Of a stretch of 64,000 bases of DNA, positions 55,531-64,000 are shown piece after piece. Every line of letters begins with the position of its first letter. Position 1 is the first letter of the stretch. The DNA is from Octopus vulgaris (lineage: Eukaryota). The notes below the pieces were generated by a model. It was not told the DNA's origin, ran no database searches, and worked only from the letters and a program-made list of their open reading frames with translations. A program made the position numbers and the translations under genes. The DNA is taken from positions 147,188,001-147,252,000 of the forward strand of contig OX597818.1 of the NCBI GenBank assembly GCA_951406725.2, given 5' to 3'.

Positions 55531-55986
55531 AATTTCTTCAATTGGAATTTACCTATGATTTTTTGAAGTAGATTCGATTGGGTCATGGCATATAAATTTT
55601 TTTCAATTTGACCCCCAATTAAGCACAAATTTGAGAAAACTAAATATTTTACGATTTGCCTCTCTCATTTCAAGTACTTCACTCCTTCTATTACCACACT
55701 TTCTCCTACTTTCTCTTAGCAAGTGTACCTTAAACCACAACTCAAACAAATTACAGAGGAAACAGAAACAAATAAATACATAACGATTTACTCCTCACAC
55801 AATTTCTTCAACTGGAATTTACCTATGATTTTTCGAAGTACATTCCATTGGGTCATGGCATATAAATTTCTTTCAATTTGACCCCCAATTAAGCAAAAAT
55901 TCGAGAAAACTCAATATTTTACGATTTCCCTATCTCACTTCAAATGCTTTACTCCTTCTATTACCACACTTTCTCCTACTTTCTCT
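55531..55986 (+). repeat. Direct duplication of about 187 bp (55531-55717 and 55801-55986; 270-bp offset)
   Basis: aatttcttcaa[t/c]tggaatttacctatgatt...ccacactttctcctactttctctt occurs twice with scattered substitutions. Confidence 0.85.
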
Positions 55987-56560
55987 TTACACACATAGAC
56001 ACGCAAACATATACATATATGACAGTGGCAAGCACAAACGTTTCAAACAACTACATAAAAACACTCAAACACACACACACACGTGTGTGTTTGTTATTAG
56101 TAAAAAAGGTGCCAAACACAATTCACTTCCTCATTCGAACACATTTGCAAACACACACCAACAATTCACTGATATATGGTGAGTAGATGCTAGCCGCTCA
56201 CATTATGAGTTACACTATTACACCAATTGTACTGGTACTGTTGTCTACTTCCTGTTAGTTTTTAGTGTCAAGGAAACAAAACTTTCTCGAGAAATAACAA
56301 AAAAAAAACACTCCTAGATTTCACAAAGGACTTTAAGAAACGATAGGAACTAAGTTCAGTTGAAGAAAAGAGACGAATTTAAGGAAATCAGACGGTCGAA
56401 TTGCCATGATAACTCAACAGAAGAGGTAAATTGGTTTTTAATTTACTTTCTGTTGCTAAGTTTTCGTAGTATTAATTTGCGAGCATACTTCAGTTGTCAA
56501 TTGTTGAAAGAAAGAAATTGTAAGCTAAGGAGGTGTGTGTGTGTGTGTGTGTGTGCGTTC

Positions 56561-56606
<46 letters not shown>

Positions 56607-56724
56607 GAAGTGAAAGATAAAAATATGGCAAGAAGTGGACAGATGTACATATATACATACATACATTCATACATACATACATGTGTGTGTGTGTGTATGT
56701 ATGTGTATTAATATGTGTGTGTTA

Positions 56725-57114
56725 TCTCTCTATATATAAAGCTGAAGTTGTCTGTGTGCGCCAGGTTTGGTACCCTTCAACTAACACTATCTTCTTCGAG
56801 ACCCTGCGGCGCAAGTTGACCAAAATTGAGAGTATGATAGAAGAAGGCTTGCTTTTCCATCCGTAGAAGATAAAATTCAAATCGGACCATGTTAACACCA
56901 AACATTATTTACATCAAAAAGGTGCTTTTTTCTATGAAAATCCCTATTTTTTACGATTTTTTCACTGGTGTGTCGCCACTTTTCGGTGTATTTCAACCAG
57001 AAAAATGTTCACTTGAAGAGAATAACAAGCTACATAATGCAAAATGTTTACTTTTCAAAAATTCCAATTCCAGCGGTTCGAAACAAACCCGAGCAATGCC
57101 GGGCGATACTGCTA

Positions 57115-57115
<1 letters not shown>
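56725..57115 (+). mobile_element. Non-autonomous Helitron, related subfamily
   Basis: A|TC...TATATATAAAG start and CCCGAGCAATGCCGGGCGATACTGCTAG|T end, matching the intron-2 copies. The interior is different. Confidence 0.82.
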
Positions 57116-57170
<55 letters not shown>

Positions 57171-57837
57171 TCATCATCATCATCGTTTAACGTCCGTTTT
57201 CCGTGCTAGCACAGGTTGGACGGTTTGACCGGGGTCTGGGAAGCCAGGGGCCGCTCCAGGCTCCAGTCTGATCTGGCAGAGTTTCTACGGCTGGATGCCC
57301 TTCCTAACGCCAACCACTCCGCGAGTGGAGTGGGTGATTTTTACGTGCCACCTGCACAGGGGCCGGGGGGTCCGGCATCGGTCACGATCGGTTCGAGCTT
57401 TTCTAGAGTTGAGTTGGGGGGGGGGTCCAGCTGAGAAAGGTTCCACCAGTGAAAGAGAGGGAAAGATAGTGGGGGGGGTGCGGGTAATATAGGGAAGCAC
57501 CAGTGGGGAAGGTTGGGGTAAGGAGGAACGATGACAGGGAAGGGTTGGTGCAGGTTTGTAAGAAATAAAAACGTAGGATATCACGAGGCGGGGAGGGGAC
57601 TGGAAGGAGATAGTCGGATTGAGGCAGTGACAGATTCAAAACAGGAGGTAACGTAAGATCAGTGGGGCGGTTGATGAGCTGCGGCGCTAGCAGCTTGTCT
57701 TGGTGGGGGGAAGGGGTAGTACACAGTGAAAGCATGTGAGGAGGAGGGGTAGGAGGGAGAGACACACGTAATGGTGGTGGGGGAGGAGGAGGGAGGAGGG
57801 CATATCCGGTGTAGATGGTGAGAACAGTGTTCACCGG

Positions 57838-57875
<38 letters not shown>

Positions 57876-58336
57876 CACACATATATATTAATTAGTTATA
57901 GGATTCAATAGAATCTAGGCGCATCAACACATAGGATGCCAGTAATGGCTAGATACAATAACATAGGGTTCACAGTGAGGTAAACAACAATGAAGGTATC
58001 AAGTGTTGGTTGGATACTGTAGATATATAAGTACTAAATCCAATTTAACCCATAAATCCAACTCTGAGGCTGGTTCTAGGTGTGGCATAGGTGTAAAAAG
58101 AAAACAAATGGAGTTTTTATTATTTATGACAGCTGTTTCAGTATGATTTTAATGATGTATTCATAGATTACATCAAAACATGTAGTACACCATATTCAAG
58201 TAAAATTTTAAGCAAGTAAAATATCAAACAGGTAAGATAATACCCCGATTGTGAAAAATCCAACTAATATTGTTGGATAAGTCTTGTTGGTGGTCGATGG
58301 GTAGATAAATAAGTAGACAGACAGAAGTACTAGTCA

Positions 58337-58388
<52 letters not shown>

Positions 58389-58789
58389 GTTTCTTTATTG
58401 GCCACACAGGGCTGCACACAGATGGGACAAGTTACAAGGTAGAGCTTTTCTTTTGGGGGATGCAGAAAACAAAAAAACAAAACAAAAAAAAAGGGGGTGG
58501 CGTAGGTTTTCGATCAAGAGGGATCGTAAAAGGGAAGAAAAGAACAAAAATAAATAAATAAATAAATAAATAAAATAAAAAATAAAAAGAATAAAAAGAA
58601 AAAAAAAAGGAAAAGGAAAAGGAACAAGAGAGAAGAGAAATGAAAAAAGAAGAAAAAAGGGGGAAAAAAAGGGGAAGAAGATAGATAGATAGATAGATAG
58701 ACAGGCAGGCAGGCAGGCAGGCAGAAAGGCAGACAGACAGACAGACAGAAAGACAGAGAGTCTATCCTACATGCGATGTGACCCATAGA

Positions 58790-59510
58790 GAGCCTTGTTG
58801 CTGGGTGTTACAGCTTATCTTGTTTGTGCCTTCAAAACAATGATTCTTCACCAGACATCCTTAATCCTTATTTTTTTTCATTCTTTCATGATGATAGCTA
58901 TCACTGGTGCTAGTTAAAGATCCTGGAAGCAGTAGATATATTTCTATGCATCCAGTACATTTCGGTAGTTGGGGCTAGGTGCCTTCTTCCTAATAAAGTG
59001 CACCTCTGTGATCTAGAGGCTAACTGCATGTGTCCCTCACCAGCATCCAGGTGGAGAAATCCCCACTGCAGCCTTGATGATGTTGATAAAGTTTAAATCT
59101 AAGGTAAAGTTGTCTTCTGGCTAATAATATGCATGTCATTCTGCAAGAGCACATCCTTTGGTACACCATGTTGGAATTAAAATGCAACTGGATGCTGTAC
59201 ATTGATTGCATTGTTCTGATTGGATATTGGTTTAGGTAACAAGCATCTGATATGTTATTGGTGTGTGTGTCTTAGTGTGTGGCCCTGCCTTATGAATCTG
59301 ACGGAGACACCAGGTCTCTTGATGCAGTTTTTTAGCTTGTTCTCTACCATCTCTCTGTAGTATGGTAGATTAACATAGACCCAGTGTTTACTCTTCTGTT
59401 TCTTTCTTCCTCTGCTATTGATGTTGTTGTTATCCAGGCTGTCATTGTTGATGCTGTTGCTGTTTTTGCTGTAATTGTTGCTGTAGTAGAATGACAACAC
59501 TACTCTAGGC
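58790..59510 (-). mobile_element. Penelope-like element linker and GIY-YIG endonuclease remnant (inverted segment)
   Basis: HWVYVNLPYYREMVENKLKNCIKR...VRF...TLR linker, then NMVYQRMCSC...RQLYLRFK-like GIY-YIG remnants. Confidence 0.6.
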
Positions 59511-59519
59511 ACAGACGCT

Positions 59520-60702
59520 CAACAACAAAGACCATCTCAGAGATATTAAACTTTACCCATATGAAGAAGAGTTCAGCAAATCACCAACCACAGAGGACTA
59601 CTTCAAAAACAAAAGTTGAAAGACTATGTCAGGACCTCCTGAGAACCATGATGTCTGCTAACAGACAATGACTGACCTCTAACCTTACACCTAAGATAAC
59701 CACATTTGACTCTTTAAAAAATAAAAAATTAAAAAATTATATATACCTTGCCATTGAACAAAGGGGAAGAATTCTGTGCAATTGACAGGGACACCTAAGA
59801 TGAAGCAGTTAGGTCCCGTCACTCCCAGGATAATATCTACACCTCATGTGAATAAGAGATTGCAAAAAGAGTGGAGAACCAATGGAACAACATATCCGAA
59901 GCATACCACCAGCTGATGCCATACGAACCATAGAGGAACAGCTAGAAAGCAGCCAGAAATTGGCAGCAGACTTTCCACCAACAAATCTCATAACCATCCT
60001 TGAATTCTGCTCTGCCAACATCTACTTCCAGAACAAAAACCCCACATACCAACAAGGCAGCAGCCTCCCAATGATATCCAGACTAAGAGGGATCTTGACT
60101 ACTCTTATCTTGGATGACCTGGAATGCAAGGCTTTCCATGCAGGATGGCACATCTCATTATATCAAAGATACGTCAATGATGTCTTTGCCCTAACTTATT
60201 CCAGAAACAAGCAACCAGGATCCATCATATCTTCAACAGCTTCCACTACAGCATCCAATTCAACATGGAACACCTGACCAGATATGGTTCACTAATTCTC
60301 TTGGATTTCAACATTGCATTACCTTGGGGCATGCAACAATAGGAATCTTTGAGAAAAAGACAAAGAAAAACATCTTCCTCCATTTGTATTCAGCATATCC
60401 AAAGGCATTGAAGTACAACATAGCCTTTAACGAACTCAGCTACCACCTAAGCAGGTGTGATGAAGCCAAAACAGAAAGCTCAATATGGATGCATTTCACT
60501 ATGATACTATATCTAAGTGGATATGAGCCACATTTTAGAGAGAAAGCATGTGACACACTAAGCATGCAAGCATGAGGGCACCACGAAAAGATTGTCTGTA
60601 AGACCAAATGGAATAGCAAAACCAACAACAGCCAATATCACAGACTCACTTAAAACATGGCACTGTACAAACACATAGTAGCAACAACTACAGTGACCAC
60701 AA

Positions 60703-60749
<47 letters not shown>

Positions 60750-60798
60750 ACTGCTGCTGCTGCTGCTACTACTACTACTACTACTGCTGCTGCTACTA

Positions 60799-60874
<76 letters not shown>

Positions 60875-60990
60875 CACATCAAGAACAACGGTCACAGAAA
60901 CAACATCAGCAGCAACAACAACTTCAATAGCAACAGAAGAGTAAACACTGGGTCTATGTTATTCTGCCATACTAAAGAGAAATTGTAGCA
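59520..60990 (+). mobile_element. Penelope-like element reverse transcriptase remnant
   Basis: LEFCSANIYF...YQQGSSLPM...ILDDLE...LYQRYVNDVF follows the PLE RT pattern (GxxMGS / RYVDD), then ...IFEKKTKKNIFLHLYSAYP. It ends in the same LPY linker as the inverted segment. Confidence 0.7.
60700..60875 (+). repeat. (ACT)n/(GCT)n trinucleotide expansion
   Basis: Directly visible. It lies in the PLE RT-endonuclease linker. Confidence 0.95.
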
Positions 60991-61048
60991 TCAAGAGATT
61001 TCATCTCTGGTCTCTGTTGAGTACCTTTTCTTTCTTTTGTTCACTCAC

Positions 61049-61108
<60 letters not shown>

Positions 61109-62278
61109 ATGCATGTATGTACTTGTATGTAGGTGTACATGCATACATGTATGTATGCCTGCATGCATGTGTGCAAATGCATCACAACTTTTTTTCTGTC
61201 TTCATTGCTGTGTGATTTGGGGATTCAGCCCTACTGCATGGCATGTTGAGCTAGAGTCTTCAAGGATAGCCATGAGTCAACTAAAGTCTTAGTAGACAGA
61301 AGCTAACAGAAACTTGTCATATATACATGTCATCGGCCGCCTCAACTCATATCCAAGTAGATCTGTAGACGGTGATTGAGCTTTGTCATCTTGATGGGTG
61401 TGATGTATACCATTGCCTTAGGTGGCTGCACAGGCTAAGAGCAATATAAAAGAGCTGGGGGCATTTATAATATATACATGTATATACACATATATACATA
61501 CATAGAGTCAACAGATGAAATCCAGAGATGTTCAATATAGAAAACACTTAGTAGCACTCAAATGATTTGAACTTTCTCGAGGACTATATGTGTGTGCGTG
61601 TGTCTGAGTAAGTATACATGTATGCCTGTGCATGTGTGAACCATTTTGACATCACATGATAACTGCAAACAAGTATCACCATCATACAAGTGATGTTACT
61701 TGTTTTGACTTTCCCAGGCAAAAAAAAGCCAGCCATTGGAAAATATCATTTTGCTTGTAAACAGGTAAGTGTTTGGCGACAAAAGGGCATCAGGCCATTA
61801 AAAAACTGCCTCAACAAATTCCATCTGACCCTTGCAAGAATGAAAGAGTGAACATATAACCATGAAGATGGTGATACACACACACACACACACACGTGTG
61901 CCAATATGAATTTTTGGCACTTGTACCAGTGGCACATGAAAAACATTCGAGCACGTGAAAAATATTCGAACGAGGTCGTTGCCAGTGCTGCTGGACTGGC
62001 TCCTGTGCAGGTGGCATGTAAGAAATACCACTTGGAGCATTGCCGTTGCCAGTACGGCTTGACTGGCCCCCGTGCCAGTAGCACATAAAAGCACCCACTA
62101 CACTCTCTGAGTGGTTGGCGTTAGGAAGGGCATCCAGCTGTAGAAACTCTGCCAGATCAGATTGGAGCCTGGTGCAGCCATCTGGTTTGCAAGACCTCAG
62201 TCAAATTGTCCAACCCATGCTAGCATGGAAAGCGGACGTTAAACGATGATGATGATATGTATTATATAAATGTGTTTA

Positions 62279-62660
62279 GGTATGGTTGCGTGTAAGAAAC
62301 TTGCTTCCTAACCACATGGTTCTGTGTTCAGTAACTTCTACTATAGCCTCAGGCCAACCAAACCTCATGCATGGATTTGGTAGATAGAAACTGAAAGAAG
62401 TCCATCATATATACATACATATATATATACGTGAGTGTGTCTTTGTCTCTATGTTTGTCACCTAACCATTGCTTGATAACCAATGTTAGTGTGTTTACGT
62501 CCCCATAACTTAGCTGTTTGGTAAAAGAGCCCAATAAAATAAGTACTAGGTTTACAAAGAATAAGTCCTCAGGTTGATTTCTTCAACTAAAAATCCCTTT
62601 AGGGCGGTACTCCAGCATGGCTGCTGTCAAATGACTAGGACAAGTAAAAGGATAAAAGAA
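62279..62660 (+). mobile_element. SINE family C copy (diverged)
   Basis: Homologous to 38850-39232 and 47041-47435. Confidence 0.8.
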
Positions 62661-63478
62661 TATATATATATACACACACACAATTTAATGTAAATAAGGA
62701 AAGCTATATACTGAGCATATATGTTAATGCAAACATGTATGCATAATTTCTTCCATTCTGGAATTAATACTACATGAAGAAGGTTATGAAACAGCCGTAA
62801 CCCTATGGAAAACAAGTGGCTAAATAAATATATATTCACCTCTCATAGCTTTTGACTTAATGATTTAATGGTTTAATATATACATGTGTGTAGGAGAAAG
62901 GGAGAGAGAGTATATGGTCTAGTGGTTAGGGTGTTGCACTCACATTCGCAAGATTGGGGTTTTAATCCTGGACTGGGTGGTGCATTGTACTCTTGAGAAA
63001 AACACTTCATCTCATGTTGCTCTGTGATCATTCGACACCTGACACATGGTACATCATGCACCTGTTCAAACAATGTCGATTTGATGGAGGGAGTAAGCTA
63101 ATCTACAACGCATACATTTGATCACGATAAACAAATCATTTGTGCAGGTTATTCGGCAAGAAATTGTAGAACTATTTTTCTCAAATTACTATAGACTACC
63201 ATCCGTATCTATTATATAAACGAGAGTGTATGTGGTTATGTATGTGTGTTTAGCTCTGAAAGGATCTGAAACAGTGCATCCTCAAGAAAAAACGAATTTA
63301 ATTTATGAAATCTGCATCCCAGAGAAGGTTGTCTGAAATAATAATGAAAAATATAGTTTTCTACGAGAAATAACTCAACATTTAGATTGATAAATCTCTT
63401 ACTCTCTATCTGTCACCATCAGGCTCTCTCTCTTTTACACCTTTCCCTCTCTATGTATATTTACCACAATCTTTATCA

Positions 63479-63516
<38 letters not shown>

Positions 63517-63753
63517 ATGTATCATCTTTCACTTTATTTAAAATTTCATCTTTCTAAGGCTTACTTTCATTTTATAATCCACAGCTATCATGCCCAAAAT
63601 TCTGTTTTCTGATTGGGTAGAAATTATCAAACTTTAAACTTCTTTAACATTTTCAGAAATTTGATTCAGCATGAAAAAGTACATCAATATACCAAATTTG
63701 AAAATTTTCACTTAATTCTTAAATTTCAAAACGTGTTACAGCAACTGAAAAGA

Positions 63754-63821
<68 letters not shown>

Positions 63822-64000
63822 TCCCTCTCTCTCTTTTCACTTTTCTCAATGTAAACTTTCTTCCTTTGTGTATTTACTACACTCTCTCTCACTCTCTGCA
63901 AATGAATATTGCAGTGTGTGTGTGTGTATGCATGGGTATAAGGAATTTTATTTGTGCAACAGTGATTCAAAAAAGGTATGTAAAAAATTATTCATTTTAA

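Overview
This is AT-rich, microsatellite-dense eukaryotic DNA. The SINE/LINE content suggests a coleoid cephalopod, probably Octopus (inference from recognised repeat families). The window holds one real host gene, a complete 4-exon beta-tubulin on the + strand: CDS join 9472-9528, 42653-42761, 51642-51997, 53258-54073, 445 aa. The ORF track misses exons 1 and 2. Intron 1 is 33.1 kb. The rest is mostly transposon debris: a full-length decayed Gypsy with both LTRs, a tRNA-Trp PBS and a CCAT TSD; a second Trp-primed LTR element nested in an L1/Tx1 LINE; pogo and mariner deletion derivatives; three non-autonomous Helitrons plus a PIF1-helicase fragment; Penelope-like, RTE and CR1/Jockey-like fragments; and several tRNA-derived SINE families. 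The most unusual signals are in the tubulin pre-mRNA. Minimal Penelope-type hammerhead ribozyme motifs lie in sense orientation on both sides of exon 2, and several long foldback or inverted repeats cluster near exon 2 (candidate ADAR substrates, next to an Asn40 codon that one A-to-I edit would turn into the usual Ser). Two minisatellites are built from transcription-factor consensus sites: 17 perfect octamers in intron 2 and about 17 STAT/ETS sites upstream. All functional interpretations are untested hypotheses.
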